From Limnochordia bacterium (GTDB taxonomy: Bacteria; Bacillota; Limnochordia; DTU080): a stretch of 64,000 nt of DNA. The position numbers and the translations under genes were made by a program. The stretch is taken from the NCBI GenBank assembly GCA_050951545.1, contig JBMNJG010000007.1, positions 416,001 to 480,000 on the forward strand, in the 5' to 3' direction. Shown piece by piece: positions 10,301 through 19,432 of this stretch. Numbering within the stretch: the first letter of the stretch is position 1; each line of letters begins with the position of its first letter. A model generated the notes under the pieces. That model made no database searches. It saw only the letters and a list, made by a program, of their open reading frames with translations, and was not told the DNA's origin.

Positions 10301-11014
10301 ATCCCAGATGATGGCGTGCATATGCGCTTTGTAATGATCCGTGCCATACAGGATCTCTGTCTGGAGCGCTAGGTCGCGGAAACGCTTCGCATACTGCGTA
10401 TCCCCGTTATAGAAGTAGATCAGGCCCGCTCGGCTAGCCTCGCTATATCCAGATGGAGTCCGTAGGTGGGCTGCAAGAAGACGCAGGCGAGGGTCAACCC
10501 ATTCCCCGTTTGGCGGCATTTCATGACCTCGGCCCAGTTGGATGTGGGCCAGGTAGCCCACGCACAAGGGTTCGGCGGGCTGCAGGTGATCACAGAAAAC
10601 ACGCGCGGCCTGGGCGACTCCCTCGTCATCACTGCCGCCAAGGAAGATCACATTATGGCCAGTGCCATACGGATCGTGCAGCGAGCGCACTAGGTAACCG
10701 CCTGGTCCTGGATACCACAGATCAAGCAGTGTGTACCATTGCCAATACAGTCTCTCGACGAACTTACTGGAGACAAGGTTGCCCAAGACGATGGCGTTCT
10801 GCCGGGAGAGCACATGCTGTGTGGACACATGCTCTGCATCGACGATTGGCAAATGCACACCACTTAGCTGCGCTATGCGGGCTTGCACTTCTGCCGCGAT
10901 GGTTTGATATGCATCCCGCCGACTGCTGGAGACGATGACGGCTTCGGGCTCGGAGGCCTGAGTGAGTATGGTGTTGATCCGGTAATCCCGCAAGCATATT
11001 TCCGATGGTTCCAT
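7340..11014 (-). CDS. large heparinase II/III-like protein with C-terminal FG-GAP/PQQ-type beta-propeller
   Basis: FDKLTMRSGF...YLLLDG, HNVV, WDRHIFW...WFVVLD motifs; repeated D.D.DG..E.. blades; start at MEPSEI after GGGG RBS. Confidence 0.6.
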   Translation of the reverse strand: MEPSEICLRDYRINTILTQASEPEAVIVSSSRRDAYQTIAAEVQARIAQLSGVHLPIVDAEHVSTQHVLSRQNAIVLGNLVSSKFVERLYWQWYTLLDLWYPGPGGYLVRSLHDPYGTGHNVIFLGGSDDEGVAQAARVFCDHLQPAEPLCVGYLAHIQLGRGHEMPPNGEWVDPRLRLLAAHLRTPSGYSEASRAGLIYFYNGDTQYAKRFRDLALQTEILYGTDHYKAHMHAIIWDLIEESPFFSFEERYQITERLLRHARGRDGSAGIERLLHCTAKGLHDRHLAMQANCTLTDSRYFGKYWPSDEWKRNLDAVRAYFDRQMTMCKGDSDLGGRGIYSYLESVLIPALLLGDERLITSGALEHYAELCLMHCDNTGYMPNTGQSEYTSYPTYTLQKCAALLGNGQLLATTHLRERAEKKAGFTDTTEEFTAGQAWATGLRPESSMEKMVGVYYLPLASWEHRQRGSAVPFEKSFDKLTMRSGFEHHDQYLLLDGLHGGPDSKPWPDVNSIAHFTQNDRIFLVSDIGGENPVCHNVVTVCKEGLGAPLGRVASLEAVANLSGFGYSHSRANQHAFSSWDRHIFWRKGAWFVVLDAVRITENGHYSLECQWRTIGEPQITGSHFSSTVWEQAQPDAPRDVFHIKNAEGFPLRYSEQTVGLFGPPDTMPWRSYCSRPGINRVRQIVDRKMQAGDVQVFTNLLYVEGSDTTAHYEVIKIGDTLCVLCGDELAYMGLIGLEGFRRANLRLMGSAFCAGADSIAVVNCREIAIGTSKVITTSVPCHVELIPSTGEVAVEAMEPVEVQIDHSCHRLSAGHHELASTAVLPRDMELLRQQICQDAQRPVPRSTPDTSSALAALMPAWSSSIDGVPLSTYAADIDADGCTETVIGLACGGVLCLDAQGQMRWRIQAPAAVRALSHMPGKLLVGCDDEHLYALHPDNGKLIWQHRCRMPETIYSWWTTELKAKVQAILTEDVDNDGQSEIICGTGGGCVELIGADGQPRWLRQIEWGIPDRLRAMKMPDGSKTILVSNGYSSSGSTVWRLDAKGNVLSRNAFDNERGSWDMTAVPGLEIVDLSSDGCQQAIIGRKNAYNEVALHDAVTGDRKWLRLLGDWISALATLDVNADGVQEIIVGSPSAWLTAFDFSGAQLWAVQLPHEIRAMHALGQRLLVACTDRSVYEVGVDGSLLARCVLKGMPLSSFAGHADTVTIADDAGGVTCFQVSAP

Positions 11015-11182
11015 GGATTTTCCCCCTGCTTGTGTGTGGTCATAGCGAGAGGATGGCGTGGACGGCAGTGCCATTCCGTCGCTATGTGAGCTTTCTCGAC
11101 TCGAGACGGGCCACCTGCAGGAGGGGTTTGTGTTCTGGGCGTTGCGCAGCATGATAATGCAGATACGCACATATCTTTCTGC

Positions 11183-12250
11183 ATGACCAAGCAGAAGGTA
11201 CACCCAGCAAGCCTCTCCTCTGCGAGCATAGCAGGCGTCTATATCGGGGCTGTGATCGGTGCAGGTTTTGCCTCGGGCCAAGAGATCTGGCGCTTTTTCG
11301 GTCTGTACGGATCAGGTGGCTTTGCTGGTCTGGCTCTGAGCAGTCTGCTCTTTGCGCTCTACGCCTGGGCGGTGCTGTACCTGGCGCAGCGTTTGGGTGC
11401 TCGCTCTCATCTGGAGGTGGTGACCCACATCGGCGGCCCTATATGGGGGAGGCTGATGGATGGCTTTCTGACAGTCTCGCTGCCAGCTGGTCTGACGATC
11501 ATGCTGGCGGGAGCCGGAGCTGGTTTGGCAGAACAGTATAGCATTCCCAGTGTGGTGGGCAGCACCGCCATGATGCTGGTGAGTGTGCTGACCGTGCTGA
11601 TGGGGGTTCACGGTGTGGTGACCGCCATCAGCCTGATGGCCCCTTTCCTCATCAGCGTCGTCGTCGTCATTTCCTGGCTAACCCTTCGCACAGGGGCTGT
11701 TGACTGGCGGTGGGCCCTTGCTTCTTCGGCAGCACCGGTGTCTTGGTTGGTCTCATCATTGGCCTATGTTTCGTATAACCTGGTGCTCGCAGTCTCCGTG
11801 TTGGCTCCTATGGGATCTTTGAGCGAAAAACGCGTCATGTCCTGGGCGGCCCTATGGGGTGGCCTGGGGCTCGGGCTCAGTGCTACCGCAGTCAATATCG
11901 CCATATTGAGCCAGGGCCCCGCTGTAATCGGCTGCGAGGTACCGATGCTCTTGGTGGCAGCGAGAGTGTTGCCGAGGGCACCCTGGATCTACACGATCTT
12001 ACTGCTGATTGAGATCTACACTACGGCTGTGGCCAACTTGTACGGTTTTGGCGTGCGTCTGGCGTCAGTGCACTCCAACTCCAAGGCCTTTGGGCGCATA
12101 GTGGTGATCACGGGATGCATGTGCCTTATCGGGGCTCAAGTGGGCTTTTCTCGCCTAGTGGTCGTGATCTACAGAATCATGGGGTACGTAGGAGCACTAT
12201 TCCTTATAGCCCTTACTATCTGGCTCTGTCGGGGAGTCAGGCATGAATAA
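11183..12250 (+). CDS. YkvI family membrane protein
   Basis: YIGAVIGAGFASGQEIWRFF signature, YVSYN, EIYTTAV; about 10 TM segments. Confidence 0.85.
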   Translation: MTKQKVHPASLSSASIAGVYIGAVIGAGFASGQEIWRFFGLYGSGGFAGLALSSLLFALYAWAVLYLAQRLGARSHLEVVTHIGGPIWGRLMDGFLTVSLPAGLTIMLAGAGAGLAEQYSIPSVVGSTAMMLVSVLTVLMGVHGVVTAISLMAPFLISVVVVISWLTLRTGAVDWRWALASSAAPVSWLVSSLAYVSYNLVLAVSVLAPMGSLSEKRVMSWAALWGGLGLGLSATAVNIAILSQGPAVIGCEVPMLLVAARVLPRAPWIYTILLLIEIYTTAVANLYGFGVRLASVHSNSKAFGRIVVITGCMCLIGAQVGFSRLVVVIYRIMGYVGALFLIALTIWLCRGVRHE

Positions 12251-12358
12251 AGTTGGTGGCTGTTTGTGTCAAAAGTGCACTTGCCTTCTTCACCGCATGG
12301 CTTCAGAATGATAGTAGGATTGATCGATCACACAGCCCCATTAGAGAGGAGTTGCACT

Positions 12359-13645
12359 GTGAAACGACACGTCTCACTCAACGTGCCTGTAGTCGTTGCA
12401 TTTCTGCTGGTCAGCAGTCTGGCTACAGCGAAGACAACCCTGGTTCATTACGCCTACACGGGCCACGGTCAAGCCTACAGAGAGTTCATCGAAGCCGCCA
12501 AGCTGGATTTCCAGAAAGCCAACCCCGACATAGCGATCGACGTGGTCGAGGGCAATGACTACACTAAAGCCCTGACCATGGCCATAGGCGGCGTTGGCCC
12601 AGACGTACTCGACATGTCCACCAACCTAGCTTTTTCCTACTTTGATTCTGGTATGCTATGTGATCTCACACCCCTGATGAGCAAGGACAAGGAATTCCGC
12701 ATCCAGGAGTTTATCCCGGCGGCACTTGTGGGTTATCAGGCTAGGGGAGCTACGTTTGGTTTACCCTCGAGCATCTACCAGATACTGTGCTTCTACAATC
12801 GCGATCTTTTTCTGCAGGCTGGCGTTAAGGAGCCATCTGCAATGGGCAGTTCCTGGACCTGGGAAGCGGCCCTGGCCGCTGGTAAGCGTCTCACTCGTGA
12901 TCGCGATGGTGATGGTGAGATGGATCAGTGGGGCGTCAACGCCAACTGGGAAATCTACCGCTGGCCAGTGTTCGCCCATCAGGCGGGTGGTCTGCTTTTT
13001 GACAGACTGGTAGAACCCACAAAGCCAACCTTTGATAGTCCAGCGGGACGTGCAGGTCTCCAGTTCCTAGCGAGCCTGTGGGCTGAGAACGCAGCCGTGC
13101 CCGCTTCTCAGATATACTCTGCGCACCTTCTTTTCTACAATGGTCAGATCGGGTTTTCATTGGTAGACGGTCCATCATCGCTGGCTAGCATTCCCGCCAA
13201 TAACAACGATCAGTTTGAGTGGGACGTGGTGCAGTTGCCCAAAGGGCCTGTCCATAACGGTACGTACCTCATTATGAATGGCTTCCAAATTGCCGCTGAT
13301 TCGCCTCATGTGGAAGAAGCGTGGAGGTGGCTGAAGTTCCTGGTGAGCAGAGAGCGCCTTCAGGATTTCATGATCAGGACGGGGAGAACACCTGCGCGAA
13401 GCGCTCTCCTGCGGGAGATCCCCAAGACCCTGGAGCAGATCCCCAACAATCTGCAGGCGGTCTCTGATGCTGTACTCAACCCCAACAGCCAACCACCGTA
13501 CTTGACCCCCATATACTCCAAGCTGAATGGGCCTAGCGCGCAGGCCATTCGGCCCGTGCTACTTGGAGAAAAAAGCGTTGTGAACGCGTTGCAGGAGCTG
13601 GACACGGTGGCTGCGGCTCTTCTTTCCGACCTGGAAAAGCAGTAG
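12359..13645 (+). CDS. sugar ABC transporter substrate-binding protein (orphan)
   Basis: Signal peptide from GTG after GAGGAG; F.K.NPDI, LFYNRDLF..AG, WTWE, EEAWRWLKFL. Confidence 0.88.
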   Translation: MKRHVSLNVPVVVAFLLVSSLATAKTTLVHYAYTGHGQAYREFIEAAKLDFQKANPDIAIDVVEGNDYTKALTMAIGGVGPDVLDMSTNLAFSYFDSGMLCDLTPLMSKDKEFRIQEFIPAALVGYQARGATFGLPSSIYQILCFYNRDLFLQAGVKEPSAMGSSWTWEAALAAGKRLTRDRDGDGEMDQWGVNANWEIYRWPVFAHQAGGLLFDRLVEPTKPTFDSPAGRAGLQFLASLWAENAAVPASQIYSAHLLFYNGQIGFSLVDGPSSLASIPANNNDQFEWDVVQLPKGPVHNGTYLIMNGFQIAADSPHVEEAWRWLKFLVSRERLQDFMIRTGRTPARSALLREIPKTLEQIPNNLQAVSDAVLNPNSQPPYLTPIYSKLNGPSAQAIRPVLLGEKSVVNALQELDTVAAALLSDLEKQ

Positions 13646-13678
13646 TCAGAGTACGCCATGACGTCTGACCAATGTAGA

Positions 13679-13707
13679 AAGCCGCCCGGTTACGTGCTGG
13701 GCGGCTT
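13679..13707. terminator. bidirectional hairpin between convergent genes
   Basis: AAGCCGCCCGG-N7-CTGGGCGGCTT. Confidence 0.65.
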
Positions 13708-13742
13708 CTCATGTGTACGCTCTGTGTCGCTGTGGGCGAAGG

Positions 13743-15086
13743 TCAGCCCAAATAGGCGTAGCGCAAGATGAAGAGCAGGGCCAGTATGTACATCCCTGGA
13801 TGCACTTCACGGCTTTTCCCCGAGCACAGCTTGATCAAGGGATAGCTGATGAACGCTAGAGCAATACCGTTGGCAATGGAATACGTCAGCGGCATAGCGA
13901 TCATGGCCAAGAAAGCTGGAATTGCTTCTGAGGCATCGTTCCACTTCACATCGAGAGCAGCCTTGATCATCAGTGAGCCCACGATGACCAGGGCTGGGGC
14001 GGTGACTGAACCAGCATCACCGATTGCCTTGACGAGCGGCGTGAAGAACAATGAGAGCAAGAAACAAGCGGAGACCACGAGACCAACAAGACCAGTGCGT
14101 CCGCCAGCGGCTACCCCGGCCGCAGACTCCACATAGCTGGTGACGGTGGGGGTGCCGAAGAACGAACCGCCCACAGTGCCGATGGCATCTGCCAACATAG
14201 CTTCTCTGGCCCGAGGCAGACGGCCGTTTTTGTCGAGGAAGTTAGCTTGTTTGGCCACTCCGATCAGGGTGCCAACGGTGTCGAACATGTCGACAAACAA
14301 GAAGGCGAAGATAATATCGAGCAGGCCTAGGCTCAGGGCTCCGCCAATATCCAGCTTGAACAGAATTGGCTGCCACACCGACAAGTGGGGCATTTGGAAG
14401 ATACCCGTCGGTAGTTGAACGACGCCTAGCGGAACTCCAAGAATCGCTGCCGCGATGATACCCCACAAAATGGCGCCCTTCACTCTCAGTGACATCAAGA
14501 TGCCTGTGATGATCACACCGATAAGGGTGAGCAAGGGAGCCGCCTCTGTGAGGCTACCTAGAGCTACGAAAGTCGCTGGGTTTCCGACGATCACACCGCC
14601 GTTCTTCAGACCGATAAACGCAATGAACAATCCAATACCAGCGGCAATGGCTCCTTTCAGCGAAGCTGGCACCGCATCGATAATAGCCTCACGGACCCTG
14701 GTGAGAGTGAGCAAGATGAAGACGACACCAGAGATGAAGACTGCACCCAAGGCTGTCTGCCAGGGCACGCCCATCCCCAAGACGATGGTGTACGTAAAGT
14801 ACGCGTTGAGCCCCATGCCAGGTGCCAGAGCGATGGGGTAGTTCGCCAAGAAGGCCATCAGTAAAGTGGCGAGGACTGTGGAGGCCACGGTGGCATACAT
14901 GACTGCCTCGAAGGGCATGCCTGTGGCTTGTACGATTCCTGGGTTGACGAAGATGATGTAGGCCATCGTCATGAACGTGGTTATCCCTGCAGCGACTTCG
15001 GTGCGCACATTCGTCTTGTTCTCTTTGAGTTTGAACCTGCGTTCAAGAAAACTGTCGTTTGCGCCCGGTGTAGCTTGTTGACTCAT
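13743..15086 (-). CDS. NCS2/AzgA family purine permease (PbuG-like)
   Basis: TTFMTMAYIIFVNP, APGMGLNAYF, GIGLFIAFIGL, FDTVGTL, YVESAAG, MPLTYSIA. Confidence 0.93.
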   Translation of the reverse strand: MSQQATPGANDSFLERRFKLKENKTNVRTEVAAGITTFMTMAYIIFVNPGIVQATGMPFEAVMYATVASTVLATLLMAFLANYPIALAPGMGLNAYFTYTIVLGMGVPWQTALGAVFISGVVFILLTLTRVREAIIDAVPASLKGAIAAGIGLFIAFIGLKNGGVIVGNPATFVALGSLTEAAPLLTLIGVIITGILMSLRVKGAILWGIIAAAILGVPLGVVQLPTGIFQMPHLSVWQPILFKLDIGGALSLGLLDIIFAFLFVDMFDTVGTLIGVAKQANFLDKNGRLPRAREAMLADAIGTVGGSFFGTPTVTSYVESAAGVAAGGRTGLVGLVVSACFLLSLFFTPLVKAIGDAGSVTAPALVIVGSLMIKAALDVKWNDASEAIPAFLAMIAMPLTYSIANGIALAFISYPLIKLCSGKSREVHPGMYILALLFILRYAYLG

Positions 15087-15177
15087 GGCTCTATACTGAC
15101 CTCCTTACGGGATGTCTTTGGTGGGTATTGATTCCATACAGACGAACGATATTCCTGTAGGGATCTGAAACGTTCGG

Positions 15178-15540
15178 TCACGTAGGTGCAAGTCCCTGTG
15201 GACGTGAGGGCTGCGTCGGTGCTTGAGCTTTCAGCCCATCGTCTGCTTGCGGCAGGACCTGCTGTTCATATAGCTTGGAGTACAGACCGCCTCCTTTGAG
15301 CAGTTGCCTATGCGTGGCTGATTCGACTATTCGGCCGTTGTCGACTACGAGAATAAGATCAGCCGCCAGAATGGTGGACAGACGATGGGCGATTACCAGG
15401 CTAGTTCGCTCAATCAGCAGGGGAGCCAGGGCCCGCTGCACGATGTGTTCGGCTTGCGAGTCTAGAGATGAGGTGGCCTCGTCAAGGATAAAGATGCGGG
15501 GATTGTTCAGAATCACCCGGGCGATAGCCACACGCTGTTT
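15178..15540 (-). pseudogene. 3' part of an ABC transporter ATPase, separated from its 5' part by element copy 1
   Basis: KQRVAIARVILNNPRIFILDEATSSLD...IAHRLST; joins in frame to ...KLSGGE ending at 19472. Confidence 0.9.
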
Positions 15541-17957
15541 TCGATTGGATCCGCTCTCCAGTGCGCGATCACGGCGGGCTCGCTCGGATCCCTCTGCGGA
15601 CCAAAAAGGTGGACGAATACCATGCACCATGCACACCCTCGCGAGACTCGCTCGGTAGTCGGACAGATGCACCCGGATTGGTACGTGAGTCGGGACCAAG
15701 AATCCGACCGTGATGGCAAAAGAGCCGCCTCATTAACCCCCGGGGCCAGTATGCGTGGTAAAAGCGCAGCGATGCGGCCTTCGCGGAGCCCTTTTTGCTC
15801 ATTTTGACCGGCCGAAGGGCTCATTTTCGCGCCCAAGAGCACGCTTTCCCGCCTTGGTGGCCCTTCTGGGGCTACCGGGCAGCACATAACCGAACGGTAG
15901 TGACTGCCTTTTGCCACTCAGTCGATGGGGTAAGCTCTCCAGTGCGCGATCACAGCGGGCTCGCTTGGGTCCCTCTGCGGACCAACCCTTCAGTGTTAAC
16001 CCGGTCGGTGCATTTCGAAAAGGTGGACGAACACCATGCACCATGCACACCCTCGCGAGACTCGCTCGGTAGTCGGACAGATGCACCCGCATTGGCACGC
16101 GAGTCGGGGCCAAGAATCCGACCGTGATGGCAAAAGAGCCGCCCCATTTACCCCCGGGCCCAGTATGTACGTGGTAAAAGCGCAGCGATGCGGCCTTCGC
16201 GGAGCCCTTTTTGCTCATTTTGACCGCCCGAAGGGCTTATTTCCCCGCCAAAAGAGCCGCGCTTTCCCGCCTTGGTGGCGCTTCTGGGGCTGCCGGGCGG
16301 CACATAACCCGAACGGTAGTCGACAGCCTTTTCCCACTCAGCCGATGGGGTCAGCTCCCCAGTGCGCGATCACGGCGGGCTCACTCGGGTCCTCTGCGGA
16401 CCGACCCTTCGGTGTATTTCGAAAAAGGTGGACAGATGCAATGGACGCGCTCGCGAAACAGGCCCTGCAGTCAGACACCAGCCGGATTGGTATGGAGGCC
16501 GGGCTAAGGATGTGGCCGCGATGGCAAGAGAGCCGCCCCATTAACCCCCGAGGCCAGCGTGCGTGGTAAAAGCGCAGCGATGCGGCCTTCGCGGAGCCCT
16601 TTTGGCTGGTTTGGACAGCCTGAAGGGTGCTTTTCGCCGCCTGAGAGCGCGCTTTCCCGCCCTGGTTCCGCTTCTGGAGCCTCCGGGCGGTACATAACCG
16701 GATGGTGACGATACCTTTTTCCCACTCAGTCGATGGGGTCAGCTCCCCAGTGCGGAATCACGGCGGGCTCACTCGGGTCCCTCTGCGGACCCACCTTCAC
16801 TGTTATCCCGGTCGGTGCATTTGGAAGAGAATGGACGGATCAATGGACACGCTCGCGCGACTCGCTCGGTAGTCGAACGGGATTCACCCGCATTGGCATG
16901 CGAGTCGGGACCAAGATCCGACGGCGATGGCAAAAGAGCCGCCTCATTAACCCCCGAGGCCAATGTACGTGGTAAAAGTGCAGCGATGCGGCCTTCGCGG
17001 AGCCCTTTTTGCCGATTTTGACCGCCCGAAGGGCTCATTTCCCCCCAAAAGAGCACGCTTTCTCGCCTTGGTGGCCCTTCTGGGGCTTCCGGACGGTACA
17101 TAACCCGACGGTGGTGATACCTTTTTCCCACTCAGTCGATGGAGTCAGCTCCCCAGTGCGCGATCACGGCGGGCTCACTCGGGTCCCTCTGCGGACCGAC
17201 CCTTCGGTGTTAACCCAGTCGGTGCATTTGGAAAAGATGGACGCATGGACACGCTTGCGAGACTCGCTCGCTCGCCGAACGGGATTTACCCGCATTGGCA
17301 TGCGAGTAGGGGCCAAGAATCCGACCGCCATGGCAAAAGAGCCGCCTCATTAACCCCCGGGGCCAGTATGCGTGGTAAAAGCGCAGCGATGCGGCCTTCG
17401 CGGTGCCCTTTTTGCTCATTTTGATTGCCCGAAGGGCTTATTTCCCCGCCTAAGGCCACGCTTTCTCGCCTTGGTGGCCCCTCTGGGGCTACCGGGCGGT
17501 ACATAACCCGACAGTGTCGATAGCGTTTTCCCACTCAGTCGATGGGGTCAGCTCCCCAGTGCGGAATCACGGCGGGCTCACTCGGGTCCCTCTCCGAACC
17601 GCCCCTTCGGTGTTGCCCTGGTCGGTGTATTTCGAAAAAGGTGGACGAACACCATGCACCATGCACACCCTCGCGAGACTCGCTCGGTAGTCGGACAGAT
17701 GCACCCGCATTGGCATGCGAGTCGGGGCCAAGGATCCGACCGTGATGGCAAAAGAGCCGCCTCATTAACCCCCGGGCCCAATGTACGTGGTAAAAGTGCA
17801 GCGATGCGGCCTTCGCGGAGCCCTTTTGGCTCATTTTGATCGCCCGAAGGGCTCATTTCCCCGCAAAGAGCACGCTTTCCGGCCTTGATGCCTCTTCCGG
17901 AGCTGCCGGACGGTACATAACCGAACAGTGTCGATCGCCTTTTCCCACTCAAACGAT
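15541..17957. repeat. tandem array of six ~380-420 bp imperfect units
   Basis: Anchor CCACTCA-GYCGAT recurs at ~15541 (partial), 15921, 16341, 16729, 17135, 17538 and 17952; shared blocks GGTAAAAGYGCAGCGATGCGGCCTTCGCGG and ACATAACC. Confidence 0.95.
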
Positions 17958-18081
17958 GATCCGAGGGTGAAATGCAATCGACTCCCGGTGGCCTCCGAGT
18001 TTTAGCGGGCAATGCGCGCGTTTTCAGCGAAAGCTGTGGAAGGATTCTGGCCTCACGTACCGAACATCGCATCGAGACAAT

Positions 18082-18095
18082 CGAACACATGATCG
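18082..18095 (+). promoter_or_regulatory. putative LexA (Cheo/SOS) box upstream of the nuclease gene
   Basis: CGAAC-ACAT-GATCG, one mismatch to the Firmicutes consensus CGAACRNRYGTTCG; weaker box 21 bp upstream; conserved in copy 2. Confidence 0.4.
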
Positions 18096-18113
18096 TTGTG
18101 TGAGGTGAGGCCC

Positions 18114-19175
18114 TTGTACTCTCTCTATGTAGATGAGGTGAACGTGCCGCTCTCACTGCTACTGACTCGCGAGCTAAAAGCCAGCGAGAAGATCGTTTGG
18201 ATGGCCTTAACGATGGATGATCAGCTGGAGGAAAGCTTCCTTTTCTCGCCCAGCCGCCTGGGGCGGCGCACGGGTATGTCCCGGCCTACCGTTCGCAGGG
18301 CGACAGCCAAGTTAACCACCGAGGGCTGGTTTGCTCCACCGGCTAGGCGGGGACCTAGCCAGACCGCGGCACAGAAGTCATCCCCGGACAAGGTCTCCGT
18401 GCCTGTCGAGTTAGTCATGGCTACTGAAATCCATGCACAGGCCAAATTGGTTTATGCCCTACTGCTGTCCAAACCTACGGACCCACCTCGCAAAAGGCAG
18501 TTCACATACGCTGAGTTAGCTGGCCGGATGAGTCTGAGCCCCCAAACCATCAAACACGCAGCTCGTCAGTTGGCCAAGCATGGTTGGCTGGAGATGGAGC
18601 AGGCGCACAAGCGGGCACCGATTCGCTTCACTCTCCACAACCCGGTTGATAAGCGAAATGTAAAAGAAATACTAGACGTGCAGGATGAGCTCCAGCGCGC
18701 TACGCACCTCGGAGAGGCTCTCATGCAGGCTATCTTCTTGGCGCTTGTCGATTGCCTTGACTTCGACGACGGAATGCGCCCAGGTTTCATGAGGAACCCA
18801 GCAACTGGCAAGCGTCTGGAGGTCGATCTCTTCTATTACTTGCACAATACGGCCATGGAGTTCAATGGGGCGCAACACTACCGCGTCACGGAGCGGAATT
18901 CGGCTGAGCAGGTCCATAAGCAGCAATGCCGTGACCAGACCAAACAGCAGATCTGCGCCAAGAAGAAGATCAAGCTGATCGTGATTCAGGCTCACGAGCT
19001 GTCCTGCAAGATCATCAAGCGCAAGATTCGCAGGCGGCTGCCATTCCGGCGCGGTCAGGACTTCAACCGGAAGCTCATCAACTATCTCGAGTGTAGATGC
19101 GGTGAGTACCAGCAAAGAATAGATGAACGTGGCTGGGGAACCGCCAGTGAATCTGAGAGAAAGCAAGACGAGTAG
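18114..19175 (+). CDS. tandem winged-HTH (HTH_36-like) + Vsr/DUF559-like PD-(D/E)xK nuclease
   Basis: Two VP..L.....L....K.V(W/Y)..L...L....(G/S).S..T......L...GW repeats; C-terminal RPGFMRNPATGKRLEVDLFY...AMEFNGAQHY...RDQTK...C....IKLIVI; TTG start after GAGGTGA (ORF track start 18096). Confidence 0.8.
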   Translation: MYSLYVDEVNVPLSLLLTRELKASEKIVWMALTMDDQLEESFLFSPSRLGRRTGMSRPTVRRATAKLTTEGWFAPPARRGPSQTAAQKSSPDKVSVPVELVMATEIHAQAKLVYALLLSKPTDPPRKRQFTYAELAGRMSLSPQTIKHAARQLAKHGWLEMEQAHKRAPIRFTLHNPVDKRNVKEILDVQDELQRATHLGEALMQAIFLALVDCLDFDDGMRPGFMRNPATGKRLEVDLFYYLHNTAMEFNGAQHYRVTERNSAEQVHKQQCRDQTKQQICAKKKIKLIVIQAHELSCKIIKRKIRRRLPFRRGQDFNRKLINYLECRCGEYQQRIDERGWGTASESERKQDE

Positions 19176-19255
19176 TCACCCTGGGTCGCCTCGTCCGTTT
19201 CATTAGGGCTCGCATCAGCCGTGCAGCCAATGGTAGTGCGCGTCCACCCGCCGCT

Positions 19256-19432
19256 GGCTACCCCATTGGCAGCGGATGCGTAGAAAGCGCCTGTAAGCAG
19301 GTTGTTGTTAGGCGCCACAAGCAATCTGGAATGCGTTGGAGCCAACTTAGGGCACAGCAGATGCTAAACGTTGCAGCGTACTCCCACGGTGAACAGTGGG
19401 ACGATTTCTGGGAGAGGCGGGAGGCAGCATGA
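19256..19432 (+). pseudogene. C-terminal remnant of an ISKra4/ISLre2-type (p-MULT) transposase
   Basis: Manual translation GYPIGSGCVESACKQVVVRRHKQSGMRWS...WDDFW. Confidence 0.85.

Noticed and set aside
15087-15177. Purine riboswitch upstream of the NCS2 permease
   Set aside because: No purine-aptamer core (e.g. GATATGG...GTTTCTACC) is visible in the 90-bp gap.
15541-15560. 5'-truncated retroelement or rolling-circle (IS91/Helitron-like) insertion
   Set aside because: No RT or HUH domain; copy 2 has proper IRs and a 9-bp TSD, so secondary deletion explains the ragged left end of copy 1 better.
15178-15699. 173-aa and 122-aa (19433-19801) ORFs as intact ABC proteins
   Set aside because: They are halves of one interrupted gene reading into element sequence.
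15541-17957. CRISPR- or TIGR-like guide array
   Set aside because: Units are ~400 bp, variable parts are recurring homologous alleles rather than unique spacers, and no cas or Nop-domain gene is nearby.
15513-18156. Short ORFs in the arrays (e.g. MSKKGSAKAASLRFYH...) as repeated peptide genes
   Set aside because: Frames, lengths and stops differ between units because of non-triplet indels, and no consistent RBS is present.
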